Shown: positions 1 to 11,386 of the stretch, piece by piece
Layout: the number at the start of each line of letters is the position of its first letter
Numbering within the stretch: position 1 is the first letter of the stretch
Assembly (NCBI GenBank): GCA_963702845.1
Contig: OY969763.1
Span: 5,696,001-5,760,000, forward strand
Source: an uncultured Verrucomicrobiae bacterium
GTDB taxonomy: Bacteria; Verrucomicrobiota; Verrucomicrobiia; Limisphaerales; Palsa-1400
Direction: 5' to 3'
DNA: 64,000 nucleotides
Notes under the pieces: model-generated
The model's database searches: none
Told to the model about the DNA's origin: nothing
The model's input: only the letters and a program-made list of their open reading frames with translations
Program-made: the position numbers and the translations under genes

Positions 1-501
1 CCGCCATCGCTATCGCCCGTGACGAACCTGACCGTCCACGCGGGAACCAGTATTGTGTTCACGAATTACGCGACCGATCCAGATCCTGATGATTTCCTTG
101 GGTTCAGCCTGGGCGACGGCGCGCCCGAAGATGCACAAATCGATATTGTGACCGGCGTGTTTACGTGGACACCGACGGACGCTCATGCAAACACAACCAA
201 CCACATCACGATACAAGTCACCGACGACGGCGAGCCGCCGCTGACCGCTTTCGCCCCGTTTGACATCATTGTCCGACCACGCCCCACCTTCACCACCGTG
301 CAAGTTTCTGGGAATTCCGTTTTGCTGTCGTGGTCGAGCATTTCGAACAGAACCTATGACGTGTGGTTCAATAACGACCTTTCAGGATCGCAATGGCAAC
401 CACTCGGCTCAGTGGTCGCGACAAACTCGCTGAGCACCATCACCGATTCAACGTTTCAAGGTGCGGTCCAACGCTTTTACCGCCTCCAGTTGGAACAATA
501 A
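1..501 (+). CDS. 3' end of a secreted protein: putative Ig/cadherin-like (He_PIG-type) domain plus Verrucomicrobia-type C-terminal domain; truncated by the window start
   Basis: ATDPD..FSL..GAP..A.ID..TGVFTWTP..ITIQVTDDG motif; ends QRFYRLQLEQ. Confidence 0.8.
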   Translation, partial: PPSLSPVTNLTVHAGTSIVFTNYATDPDPDDFLGFSLGDGAPEDAQIDIVTGVFTWTPTDAHANTTNHITIQVTDDGEPPLTAFAPFDIIVRPRPTFTTVQVSGNSVLLSWSSISNRTYDVWFNNDLSGSQWQPLGSVVATNSLSTITDSTFQGAVQRFYRLQLEQ

Positions 502-534
502 ACGCCCGATCTTCCTAGAGGTGCGGTTGTTTAG

Positions 535-615
535 AGGGGCGAGGCTGCGCCGTCTCAGCCTTTGCAACACTTCGCACCGCTCCTGTAAAAGACTTAGCAG
601 GAGCTTCGCCCTACC
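535..615. repeat. Degenerate inverted REP-like pair (GGTAGGGCGAAGCTCC type)
   Basis: GGGGCGAGGCT..CTCAGCC (535-560) versus GACTTAGCAGGAGCTTCGCCCTACC (591-615), between convergent genes. Confidence 0.5.
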
Positions 616-769
616 GAAAAATAGTAACCACCACTTGTAATCACACCCTCTTCCCGGGCGGTGTGCGCAACTTCTCGCAATGCGCTAAGCGGAAGACAAG
701 CGCGTCTCACTGTTGAGATGAAATAAGGAAAGGAGAATGTTTTTTCGACGAACCAAGTCGAGGCGAAAC

Positions 770-1657
770 CTACCTCATCCAAGTCGGAAAGAAGGTTGGC
801 GGCGTGGTTTTATCGGTGTCGAAGCTCATGTGCCACTGGAGCTTCCAAAGATCTCGTGCACGGTAACGACGTGTCGAACCGTCGGCGAACACCATATTGA
901 CGCCATTTCCGTGCCTAGCCATGGCAAAGTTCGCTATCTCATGAGTAGCGTCCAAGTACTCGCCGTTGAACTGCGGTGGTTGAGTAGCAATTGTAGGATC
1001 CCATTGCGGTGCGCCGCCGCGCCACATCGAATCCGCCATGAGTGGAATCAACGGCGGTTTCGTCAGGGCGCTGGTGGTGCGCCAAAAACTCGCCGCTGGC
1101 CAACTATAGAGGGTGCTGACCATTCCGGATTTTTTCGCATAATTGAACGTCCACACATTGGCTCCGTAACTAGCGAGGGCCTTGCGATGTTGCGGGTCCT
1201 GCGGATCGATGTACGGCTTATTGTCGGTTCCAATTTCGAAGCTGGTGGTTGGTCCTCCCTGAGTTTGCGCGTTCGCGCTTCCCCACGCAACTCGCGTCTC
1301 CGGTTGGCCAGCCGGTGCTCCGTTCTGCATCTCGCCAGCCGTCGGACAAAGTAACAAGAATGGTTTTCTCCCAACATAATTACTTAAACACCCCACCCAC
1401 TGAGCGCGTTCCGGGAAACTCGCCTGGTCCCCATCGCAGTATGATCCTCTGTTATCTTCAGTATAATATGACCACATCAGTCCCCACTGGTGCAGATTCG
1501 ACATACATTGTGCGGAGTATGCTTTTTGCTTCGCCCTTGCCAGTGCCGGGAGAAGCATCGACGCAAGGATTGCGATAATGGCGATGACCACGAGCAATTC
1601 AATTAAAGTAAATCCACGCCCGCGCTCGCAATTTCCTTTGGGTTGTTCGGTCTGCAT
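770..1657 (-). CDS. Prepilin-type N-terminal cleavage/methylation protein with H-X9-DG motif (DUF1559-like)
   Basis: [38 protein letters not shown]; start uncertain (1657 or 1687). Confidence 0.9.
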   Translation of the reverse strand: MQTEQPKGNCERGRGFTLIELLVVIAIIAILASMLLPALARAKQKAYSAQCMSNLHQWGLMWSYYTEDNRGSYCDGDQASFPERAQWVGCLSNYVGRKPFLLLCPTAGEMQNGAPAGQPETRVAWGSANAQTQGGPTTSFEIGTDNKPYIDPQDPQHRKALASYGANVWTFNYAKKSGMVSTLYSWPAASFWRTTSALTKPPLIPLMADSMWRGGAPQWDPTIATQPPQFNGEYLDATHEIANFAMARHGNGVNMVFADGSTRRYRARDLWKLQWHMSFDTDKTTPPTFFPTWMR

Positions 1658-2100
1658 AGGTGCTTGTGCCCTCAACTTCAGGGCCATTTAGCCAATGTGC
1701 TTTTAGTCTTGAAAATATTACGTAAATGACTCAGCGCGTATATCGCTCGTTTGAGCGATGGGGTGGTTAGATTGTTGTTTTTATACTATCAATTCGATCG
1801 ATCCGAAACAACGTCATTGCGCGACTTGTCTCGTGACGCGATAAAAACAAGCTTGTTGAGAAATTCGGTCTCGAGGGCTGAGGGTTTGAACCCGCTCAAT
1901 GAGGTTGGTCGCGAGAAGTTGCTGCCAACCAGCCCCTCCCCTCCCTCGAATTTGTTGATCACTGTCGACAGTAGTTACTTCATCGTATAACGTGTGTTGC
2001 GAGCTGAAGTCGGCTGGCCGGAGTGCCGAATGCCGTTCGGTCGCACCCATGTTCTTTGAAAGTTAATCGGAACGGAGTTGCGTGTTACTGTTCATGGAAG

Positions 2101-2158
2101 TAAACCGAGGTTAACCAAACCTAACCGGGGCTAACCGAAGTTAACCGAACCTAAAAAA
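2101..2158 (+). repeat. 10-bp period degenerate tandem array (core TAACC) ending in an A-tract
   Basis: TAAACCGAGG TTAACCAAAC CTAACCGGGG CTAACCGAAG TTAACCGAAC CTAAAAAA. Confidence 0.85.
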
Positions 2159-2250
2159 GTTCAATTTCCTGGCCAACGGCGACGAAATGCAACCAGCGCA
2201 TCGAAAAGCGGTTCTGGCGCGCCTTAAATCCCGTTAAGTAGTTTCCGGCG

Positions 2251-2320
2251 CCAGTCTGCGCAAACCTATGCAAACCCATGAAGCCTAATGCAAAGTTATG
2301 CAAGCCTGCGCAAAGCTAGA
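2251..2320 (+). repeat. 10-bp period degenerate tandem array (core GCAAA)
   Basis: CAAACCTATG CAAACCCATG AAGCCTAATG CAAAGTTATG CAAGCCTGCG CAAAGCTAGA. Confidence 0.8.
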
Positions 2321-2419
2321 GTCAGCAAAATTCAGGCAAATCGATGCAAGGTAACATGCTGAGCGAGGTTCGAACATGTCACCAACGCGTCCGAGTTGCC
2401 TCATCGAGCCTGCAAGAGA

Positions 2420-2448
2420 TTGACAAATGCCTTTTTCCCCGCAAAATT
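2420..2448 (+). promoter_or_regulatory. Probable sigma70 promoter of tRNA-Lys
   Basis: TTGACA at 2420, then CAAAAT/AAAATT after 16-17 bp, about 15 bp upstream of the tRNA. Confidence 0.5.
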
Positions 2449-2462
2449 GGTCGTTCTTGGTT

Positions 2463-2538
<76 letters not shown>

Positions 2539-2592
2539 CTTTTTTATTTCTCCCCATTTTTGACCTCCCGCGCAACTTTGGTAGGTTCACAC

Positions 2593-3687
2593 ATGTCTGA
2601 AACCAAACAACATCCGCCAACTTTGCTCGATCCGGTTCGTGTTGGCGCGTGGAATCTCCCCAATCGCATTCTGATGGCGCCGCTGACGCGGTCGCGCAGT
2701 GGTCCAGAACGCATTCCGAATGATTTGATGCGGGAGTATTATGTGCAGCGCGCTTCGGCAGGGATGATTTTTTCGGAAGCGACGTCGGTCGATCCGATGG
2801 GCGTCGGGTATGCGGAAACACCGGGGATTTGGTCGGATGAACAAGTCGCAGGTTGGAAGAAAATCACGGATGCGGTTCATTCGGCCGGCGGCCGGATGTT
2901 GTTGCAGCTCTGGCATGTGGGGCGTATTTCGCATCCGATGTTTTTGAATGGGGCATTGCCAATTGCGCCGAGCGCAATCGCCGCAAAGGGACACGTAAGT
3001 CATGTGCGACCACTGACCCCGTTTCCAATTCCGCGCGCACTCGAGTTAACCGAGATTCCTGGACTCATTCGGATCTATAGGCGAGGAGCGGAAAACGCGC
3101 AGCGGGCCGGGTTTGATGGCGTGGAGATTCATGGCGCTAATGGATATTTGCCCGACCAATTTCTTCAGGACTCGACCAACAAACGCACTGACGACTACGG
3201 TGGGCCGATTGAAAATCGGGCGCGGTTTTTGTTAGAAGTGACCGATACGGCGATTTCGGTTTGGGGACACGATCGCGTTGGCGTGCATCTCGCGCCGCGG
3301 GGTGATGCGCATGATATGGGTGATTCGAATCCGTTGGCGACGTTTGGACATGTCGCGCGCGAACTTGGTAAACGTCGCGTTGCATTCATTTGTGCCCGCG
3401 AAGCGCTCGGGCCGAATCGGATTGGACCGGAACTGAAAAAATTGTTTGGCGGTAGTTACATCGCCAACGAACGGTTCATTTGGGAGACGGGCAATCAGGT
3501 AGTCACGGTAGGTGAGGCCGATGCGGTGGCCTTTGGCGTTTCGTTTATCGCGAACCCAGATTTACCGGAGCGCTTCCTGCAACACGCGCCGTTGAACGCC
3601 CCCGACAAGGAAACCTTCTATTCGCGCGGGCCGCACGGATACACGGATTATCCAATTATGTTTCCTGCTTCAGCACGAGCCGTCTGA
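2593..3687 (+). CDS. Old yellow enzyme family alkene reductase (NemA/XenB-like)
   Basis: NRILMAPLTR, QLWHVGR, GFDGVEIHGANGYL, GYTDYP. Confidence 0.93.
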   Translation: MSETKQHPPTLLDPVRVGAWNLPNRILMAPLTRSRSGPERIPNDLMREYYVQRASAGMIFSEATSVDPMGVGYAETPGIWSDEQVAGWKKITDAVHSAGGRMLLQLWHVGRISHPMFLNGALPIAPSAIAAKGHVSHVRPLTPFPIPRALELTEIPGLIRIYRRGAENAQRAGFDGVEIHGANGYLPDQFLQDSTNKRTDDYGGPIENRARFLLEVTDTAISVWGHDRVGVHLAPRGDAHDMGDSNPLATFGHVARELGKRRVAFICAREALGPNRIGPELKKLFGGSYIANERFIWETGNQVVTVGEADAVAFGVSFIANPDLPERFLQHAPLNAPDKETFYSRGPHGYTDYPIMFPASARAV

Positions 3688-3712
3688 GATGGCCGTAGCT
3701 GCTGTTGCGGCG

Positions 3713-3940
3713 TCAAGCTTCGACGAGTCCGGCAGCGGCGGCTTTCACTTCCTCGGTTGTGAACGGTTTACCGCCGTAACCCCAGTCGCCACTTTTGACT
3801 TCGTCAATGACGACAAGCGTGTACGGGCGCAAGTTTTCACCTTCGATTGCGACCATTGTGTCGGTGAGATTGCGAACCATTTCCTGTTTTTGCTCGGATG
3901 TAAAAACGCCTTCGATGACCTTAACATTAATTAATGGCAT
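3713..3940 (-). CDS. 4-oxalocrotonate tautomerase family protein
   Basis: Catalytic Pro1 (MPLINVKVIEG), DWGYGG; AAGAAAGGAA upstream of the start. Confidence 0.9.
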   Translation of the reverse strand: MPLINVKVIEGVFTSEQKQEMVRNLTDTMVAIEGENLRPYTLVVIDEVKSGDWGYGGKPFTTEEVKAAAAGLVEA

Positions 3941-4159
3941 ACCATTCCTTTCTTGCTGAGCTCGAACACTAGGCGCGGAGCTCCTGGGCAACAACCGGTT
4001 TACCGGCAATAGGAAAATGCCTATTCGTCGATCAGCCAGTTGAACGGCTCGAACCGGCGTTCACCGATGCGGTTTTACGGAGCGCCGCTGCTCTATTTAA
4101 ACGACGCGCTGATATTGAAAATGTCCATCGGGCGCGGGTCGTTGCCGGTGCAGAAACTG

Positions 4160-5626
4160 CTACGGGCGGCTGTGGCCTTGTTCGCGGGCTTCGCGCAAAA
4201 TTGAGATGAGTTCCTGCACCTTCTCTGGATTGGCGGCAGCGAGGTTCTTGGTTTCGCCGATGTCGTCGGCCAGGTTGTAGAGTTCGGGGCTGGCGCTTTG
4301 TTTTGCTTTTGCGCCTTTGCCAGCGAGGGCAGGGGTCAGCAGTTTCCACGAGCCCTGACGGACGCCCATGCGGCGGCTGTGTTCGATGAGTGAAGGGCGG
4401 ACGGTGATTTTCAGGTTGCCATCGATGATCGGCAACAGGCTGAAGCTGTCGGGAGCGGAGGTGGGTGGAAGTTTTTGTTTCGTGATCCCCGCGCAGGTGG
4501 CAAGAGTGTCGACGAGGCAGACGAGTTGGTCGGAGGTGGCGGGTTTGATTTTGGCAGGCCAACGCACGATGAGCGGAATTCGCGTGCCGCCTTCGTAGGC
4601 GGTTCCTTTGGTGCCGCGCAAGGGACCATTGAAGGCGTGGCCTTGGTTTGATTTGACGTCGCCATCGCGCTGCGGAGAATCGCCGAAATCGAGGATACCT
4701 CCGTTGTCGCTGCTGACGATCAGGAGCGTGTTGGTGGCGAGATTGAGTTTGTCCAAAGCTTTAACAACTTCGCCCACCGTCCAATCGAATTCCTGAATGA
4801 CATCACCGCGCGGACCGGCTTCGCTGGCGTGACGGAAACGCGCGGCGGGCACGCGTGGGACATGGATGTCGTGCGTGGCGAGGTAGAGGAAGAAGGGCTG
4901 GCTGCGATTGCGCTCGATGAATTGGACGGCTTGGGATGTGAGTGTTTCGGCGATTGCGTCGTCTTTCCACAGCGCGGATTTTCCGCCGCTCATATTGCCA
5001 ATGCGGCCGATACCAGCGATGACATTGGCATGGCCGGGAATGCAGTGTTCGTAATCGACGGTGATCGGGTCTTTGGGATCGTAGTTTACGACGCGATGGT
5101 CTTTGACGTAGACGCAAGGCGCACGGTCGCCGGTCGCGGGAATGATGAAACATTCATCGAAACCGATTTCGAGTGGGCCGGGTTTGAGTTCGATATTCCA
5201 ATCAGGAGCGCTGTCGCTGAGGCCGAGATGCCATTTACCGATGCAGGACGTTCTGTAACCGGCTTTTTTAAGAAGCGATGGAACGGTGACTGTGCCGGGT
5301 TTGATGCTGAGCGGCGCGTTGCCGGGCAGAATGTGGTCGCCGGCGCGATTGCGCCAGGCATATTGGCCGGTGATGAGCGCGTAACGCGAGGGCGTGCAGA
5401 CTGCGGAGGCGGCGTGGGCGTCGGTGAAGCGCAAGCCTTGCGAGGCGACTTTGTCGATCGCGGGTGTTTTGACCTTTGTCGCGCCGTAACAGCCGAAGTC
5501 GCCGTAACCGATGTCGTCACCGAGAATGACTATGATGTTTGGTTTTTGCGCGGACGATTCGGCGGCGGCAGCATGCAATAAGCTGCTGCATACCATTGCG
5601 ACTAAAGTTCGTAACAACCAATTCAT
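4160..5626 (-). CDS. Arylsulfatase (S1, Cys-type)
   Basis: Signal peptide, PNIIVILGDD, CTPSR motif, GKWHLG, SSDNG, ELYNL. Confidence 0.95.
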   Translation of the reverse strand: MNWLLRTLVAMVCSSLLHAAAAESSAQKPNIIVILGDDIGYGDFGCYGATKVKTPAIDKVASQGLRFTDAHAASAVCTPSRYALITGQYAWRNRAGDHILPGNAPLSIKPGTVTVPSLLKKAGYRTSCIGKWHLGLSDSAPDWNIELKPGPLEIGFDECFIIPATGDRAPCVYVKDHRVVNYDPKDPITVDYEHCIPGHANVIAGIGRIGNMSGGKSALWKDDAIAETLTSQAVQFIERNRSQPFFLYLATHDIHVPRVPAARFRHASEAGPRGDVIQEFDWTVGEVVKALDKLNLATNTLLIVSSDNGGILDFGDSPQRDGDVKSNQGHAFNGPLRGTKGTAYEGGTRIPLIVRWPAKIKPATSDQLVCLVDTLATCAGITKQKLPPTSAPDSFSLLPIIDGNLKITVRPSLIEHSRRMGVRQGSWKLLTPALAGKGAKAKQSASPELYNLADDIGETKNLAAANPEKVQELISILREAREQGHSRP

Positions 5627-5670
5627 GGCGCGAGCTTACTTTGACGCGGATGCGGCGCAAAGGGTTTCAC

Positions 5671-6369
5671 TTAGATTTGCTTGCGCATGGCGAGCGACTT
5701 TTCCGTTGGGTAACTGAGGACTTTTTGGCCGGTTGGGCAAAGGTGTTTGACTTCGCAATTTGGACAGTCGGGTGTGCGGGCTAAGCAGCGGCGTCGACCG
5801 TGCCATATTAATAAATGGCTGAAGAGACACCATTCGTCGCGCGGGACGAGTTGCTGGAGTTCAGTTTCGATTTTTTCGGGCGTCGATTTGGTTGTCAGCT
5901 TCAGGCGATGTGAAAGGCGGTGGACGTGGGTGTCGACAACGATACCGACGTTGATATTGAAAGCGTTGCCGAGGACGACGTTGGCAGTTTTGCGGCCGAC
6001 TCCGGCGAGCGCGGTGAGTTCGTCCATGGTTTGCGGGACTTTGCCGTTGTGCTGCTCAACTAACGCACGACAGGCCGCTTGGATGTTTTTGGCTTTGGCG
6101 CGGTAGAGGCCGATGCGTTTGATGTCTTGTTCCAGTTCGGCGAGGGGGGCTTCGGCGAAGTCTTTGGCGGATTTGTATTTTTTAAAGAGATTTTCGCTAA
6201 CGATATTGACCTGCTTATCGGTGCATTGCGCGGAGAGGATGGTGGCGATGAGCAACTCAAGTGGGTTGGTGTAGTTCAATTCGCAATGCGCATCGGGATA
6301 AGCACGGCGCAGGCCAGCAATGATTTCCTTTGTGCGGGTGAGTTTTTGAGCTGTCGTTTGGCGTGGCAC
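5671..6369 (-). CDS. nth: Endonuclease III
   Basis: LLIATILSAQCTD, HhH motif LAGVGRKTANVV, VVDTHV, C-X6-C-X2-C-X5-C; GTG start inferred. Confidence 0.95.
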   Translation of the reverse strand: MPRQTTAQKLTRTKEIIAGLRRAYPDAHCELNYTNPLELLIATILSAQCTDKQVNIVSENLFKKYKSAKDFAEAPLAELEQDIKRIGLYRAKAKNIQAACRALVEQHNGKVPQTMDELTALAGVGRKTANVVLGNAFNINVGIVVDTHVHRLSHRLKLTTKSTPEKIETELQQLVPRDEWCLFSHLLIWHGRRRCLARTPDCPNCEVKHLCPTGQKVLSYPTEKSLAMRKQI

Positions 6370-6506
6370 GGTTGTGATTATACGGCGAACGACCAGCGGT
6401 ATGCACCCTGCGATTTTGCTGTACAAATCTTTCAGGGTTCAGTCACACGAAAATTCCGGCAAAAATCTTGATTAAAAGTGCGTCCGCGAGCATCTAAATA
6501 GGTGCA

Positions 6507-9500
6507 ATGATTCCCAATTTCGGCAAAGCGCGCGCTGTATTTTTGTGCCTGTCACTGGGCGGCTTTGTGCATTTGACGTGCACTGCTGCGGACGATGCGA
6601 AAAATTCCCCAAAGGTGAGCTATTACCGCGAGGTGCGGCCAATTTTGCAGGCCAATTGCCAGGGTTGTCACCAACCTGCCAAGAAAAAGGGCGGCTATGT
6701 GATGACGGATTTTAAACTGTTACTAGCCGGCGGCGACAGCGAAGGCGCAGCGGTGGTGCCGGGCAATCCGGAAAAGAGTTCAATTCTCAAGATGGTCACG
6801 CCCGAAGGACGGCGAGGTGCGGATGCCGAAAGGGAAAACGCCGTTGACGGACACGGATGTAACCACGATTCGCAATTGGATTGCGCAAGGTGCGATCGAC
6901 GACACGCCTGCGGATGCGAAGCGGCATTACGACACGGAACATCCGCCGGTTTATACGCGGTTGCCGGTGATTTCGTCGCTTGACTGGTCGCCGGACGGGA
7001 AGTTGCTTGCGGTTTCGGGATTTCACGAAGTTCTCTTGTTTGAAACGTCCACGAGCGGCACGCCGAAGCTTGCGGGGCGGTTGATTGGATTATCCGAGCG
7101 CGTGCAGTCGTTGCGGTTTTCGCCGGACGGCCAACGCCTGGCTGTGGCTGGCGGTGATCCAGCGCGCATGGGTGAGATTCAGGTTTGGGATGTGGAGAAG
7201 CGCAAATTGGTGATGTCGACGCCAGTCAGTTACGACACGCTTTATGGCGTCAGTTGGTCGCCGGATGGAAAGTTGCTGGCGTTCGGTTGTCCGGACAACA
7301 CTGTGCGCGCCATTGAAGCGGCGAACGGCAAGCTAGTCGTGCAGATGGGGTCGCATAGTGATTGGGTGTTGAGCACGGCGTTTTCTATCAAAAGCGATTA
7401 CATCATTTCCAGCGGACGCGACATGAGCGTGAAGTTGACGGAGGTTGCGTCGCAACGGTTCATCGACAACATCACCTCGATTACACCTGGCGCCTTAAAG
7501 GGCGGCATCATGGCGGTGGCGCAGCATCCGACGTTAGAGCATTTCGTGGCGGTTGGTTCGGACGGCACGCCCAAAGTTTATCGGACGTTTCGTGAGGTGA
7601 AGCGCGAGATCGGGGATGACGCGCAGTTGATTGCGGATTTGTATCCTATGACCGGACGCGTCTTTGCCGCGCGGTTCAGCGCGGATGGCAAACGTATCGC
7701 TTGTGCCGGCGGCATGGATCGCGTCGGCGAGTTGTTGGTGTGCAGTTACGATTACACGAATGATGTGCCGAAGGAATTGCGCGAAATTATGGGCAAAGTT
7801 CCGGGCGGCCGCAAGAAAGAGGAAAACGATCGCCTCGCAGAATACAAGAAACTGGGCATCCACGAAATCGCGCGTGCGTCGGTCCCGCAGGCGGAAATTT
7901 ATTCTGTAGCGTTCAATGCCGACGCCAGTCAAATCGCGGCGGCGGGATCGGACGGAATGATTCGTTTGTATAACGCGACCAACGGAAAAGTAGTTGTGGA
8001 ATTTCCCGCCGTCGTCCATTGCGACGAATTCGGAGGTGGCAAAAGCTTCGAGCAAACCGATCGATTACATTCGGGATGTCAGCCCGGTTATCGCGCACCT
8101 CGGGTGTAACGCCGGCACGTGCCACGGCGCGAAGGAAGGAAAGAACGGATTCAAACTTTCATTGCGCGGTTACGATCCGGAAACGGATTTGCGCGCGTTC
8201 ACGGACGACATGGCATCGCGCCGCGTCAATCTTGCCTCGCCCGACGACAGCTTGATGCTGCTAAAGGCGATTGCTGAAGTGCCGCATGAAGGCGGACGGC
8301 GCACGACGCGTGATAGCAATTATTACCAGATGCTCCGCCAATGGATTGCGGAAGGCGCGAAGCTGGACATGAAATCGCCCCGCGTGGTGAAAATTGAAAT
8401 TCTGCCGCTGAACCCAGTCGTGCAGGAGATCGGTTCGAAGCAGCAGATGCAGATCAAAGCGACCTACGCGGACGGATTTGTTCGCGATGTCACAGCGGAA
8501 GCATTCGTTGAAAGCGGCAATACGGAAGTGGCAACGATTGACACGAGCGCGATGATCACGACGATCCGCCGCGGCGAAGCCCCGGTGCTGGCGCGGTTTG
8601 AAGGCAATTACGTTGCGACGACGATTACGGTGATGGGCGACCGGACAGGTTTCGTTTGGAAGCAGCCGAAGACGTGGGGGAAGATTGACGAACTGGTCGC
8701 GGCCAAATGGGAGCGGATGAAAATCGCGCCATCCGGAGCTGTGCACGGACCTCGAATTTATTCGCCGCGTTTACCTGGATTTAACTGGTTTGCCGCCGAG
8801 CCCCGAGGAGATTCGGTCGTTTCTGGCGGACAAACGCCGCGACGCGCGTCAAACGCGATGCGTTAATCGATTCGCTCATCGGCAATTCGGATTTCGTTGA
8901 TTATTGGGCGAACAAATGGGCCGACATGCTGCAGTGCAACAGCAAGTTTCTCGGCAGCGAAGGCGCGGAGATTTTCCGCAACTGGATTCGTGATCAGGTC
9001 GACAAGAACACGCCGTTACGATAAGTTTGCGCGCGAAATTTTGACTGCGACCGGTTCGAACAAGGAAAATCCGGCGGCGAGTTATTGGAAGATTTTGCGC
9101 ACGCCGACCGAGGCGATGGAAAACACTACGCAGCTGTTTCTCGCGACGCGGTTTAATTGCAACAAGTGTCACGACCATCCGTTCGAGCGTTGGACGCAGG
9201 ATCAGTATTATCATTTGGCGGCGTTTTTCGCGCAGGTGTCTTTGGCGAAAGACCCGAAGAGCGGTGACCAGACCATCGGCGGCACGGCTGTTGAAGGCGC
9301 CAAGCCGCTGTTCGAAATCGTGAGTGATGCGAAGGAAGGCGAGATGAAACACGATCGCACGGGCAAAGTTTCTCCGCCGGAATTTCCTTTTGCCGCCAAG
9401 GTTGTGCTCGCGACGGCGAAAGCACCCGCACCGTCCAAGGATGGAAAAATTAAGGAACCATCCGGCGCAATGAAAGAATCTGACAAGCCACGTCGCGAAC

Positions 9501-11377
9501 AACTCGCTGATTGGATCACTTCGCCGGATAATCGCTTTTTCGCGTCGAGTTACGCGAATCGACTTTGGGGGTATATGCTCGGCGCCGGCATTATCGAACC
9601 GCTGGACGACACACGCGCGGGCAATCCGGCGCGCAATCCCGCGTTGCTCGAATATCTCACGCACGAGTTCATCAACAGCGGTTTCGACACGCGGCATATG
9701 ATGCGGTTGATTTGCAAATCGCGCACGTATCAGCTTTCGATTCGGGCCAACAAATGGAATGAGGAGGACAAGGTCAATTACTCGCACGAGATTGCGCGGC
9801 GGTTGCCGGCCGAAACATTGTTCGACAGCGTGTTCAGAGTGACTGGAACGATACCGGATATTCCTGGCGCAAAACCTGGTCAACGCGCGATGCAGCTCGC
9901 TGATGTGGCTATTGATAGCAACGGTTTACTCGCGACGCTCGGTCGTCCTGCGCGCCAGAGCGCGTGCGAATGCGAACGCAGCATCTGATATCCGCATGGG
10001 TTCGGTCATGGCGCTGTTGAGCGGACCGACTATTTCAACCGCAATCAATCAACCCACCAATGCGCTGGCCAAGCTCGTCGAAAGCGAGAAGGACGATCGC
10101 AAGTTGATTGACGACGTGTTCATGCGCGTTCTGAATCGACCTGCCACTAAATCAGAAGTGACGAACACGTTGGCATTGATGGCGGAAGTGGACCAGGACC
10201 GAGGGGTTGTAACGAATGATCTTTCCAATCTGGAGACGAAACTCGCGCCGTCCATTGCAAAACTGAAGACGGATCGCGAGGATGCAATCGCTCACGCGAA
10301 AACGAATCTGGCCGTCTACACTGAAATGACGGCGACATTGTTGCCGGAATTGGAGAAACGACATCAGAATGAAATCGCGTTGACGAAGCGCGAACTCACC
10401 GAATACGAAAAGATCGATTCCAGTGCAGGCAGCATTGCTCGAAACGAAGATACAATCCGGCGGAAACCAAAACGATTTGGGTGACCGTCGAACCAAAAAA
10501 AGTGTCGGCTGGGAAAAAGCAAAATGAAACTGACCAAGAATAGTGACGGTTCGGTTCTTTCGTCCAAAGGCAAAGGGCCGATCGATTACATCATCAATGC
10601 TTCGTCGCCATTGACGAACATCACGGGTGTGATGCTCGAAGTGTTGCCGGACGATTCGCTTCCCGAATATGGACCTGGCCGCGCGCCGAATGGTAATTTT
10701 GTTCTTATCTGAACTCGAATTGAAGTGGGGTGGCGGTACAAATTCGGCCAACACATTCGCAAAGTTCGTGGATGCTCGCGCGGATTTTTCGCAGCAAGAC
10801 TTCGATGTTCATAAAGCGATCGACGGCGTGACCAGCGGAGTCGAACGGCTGGGCGCTCGCAGGTGCGGCTGGACCGATGCGGCACACCGCCACATTCAAG
10901 TTGGAAAAGCCGCTCACCGACAGCAAAGGGCTCTCGCTTCGTTTCACTTTGAAGCAGCAGTTCGATCCAGAACACTTGATTGGCAAGTTCCGCATTTCAG
11001 TCACCAGCAGCGCCGATCCGTTGGATTTTGGATTCCCAGAAAACATTGTGAAAGCGGCGCGTGCTCCGGCCGGCCAACGCACGGCTGAGCAATCCGCTGC
11101 AATCATTGACCTCGTGCGCGTTTCCGATCCTGAATTTTGGAAGCGCAAAGGAGCGTTCGCAAAAGTTTCCGCGCCGTTGCCGGAAGACCCGAAACTTGCG
11201 GAACTCAAAGGCGGCCTAAAAAAAGCCGAAGAACCGATTCATCTCGATCCTGTCCTGGTGCAATTGCGCGAGGATGCGAAAGAGAGCATCAAACAAAGCG
11301 AAAATAAACGACTGACGGTAGTGCAGGACTTGACCTGGGCGCTGATCAACAGCCCCGGATTTTTGTTCAATCACTAG
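6507..11377 (+). CDS. Planctomycete cytochrome c + WD40 + Ig-like + DUF1549/DUF1553 protein, split by many frameshifts (probably sequencing indels)
   Basis: CQGCH, WD40 repeats, [49 protein letters not shown] spread over overlapping ORFs in different frames. Confidence 0.85.
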
Positions 11378-11386
11378 AAAGGTTTT

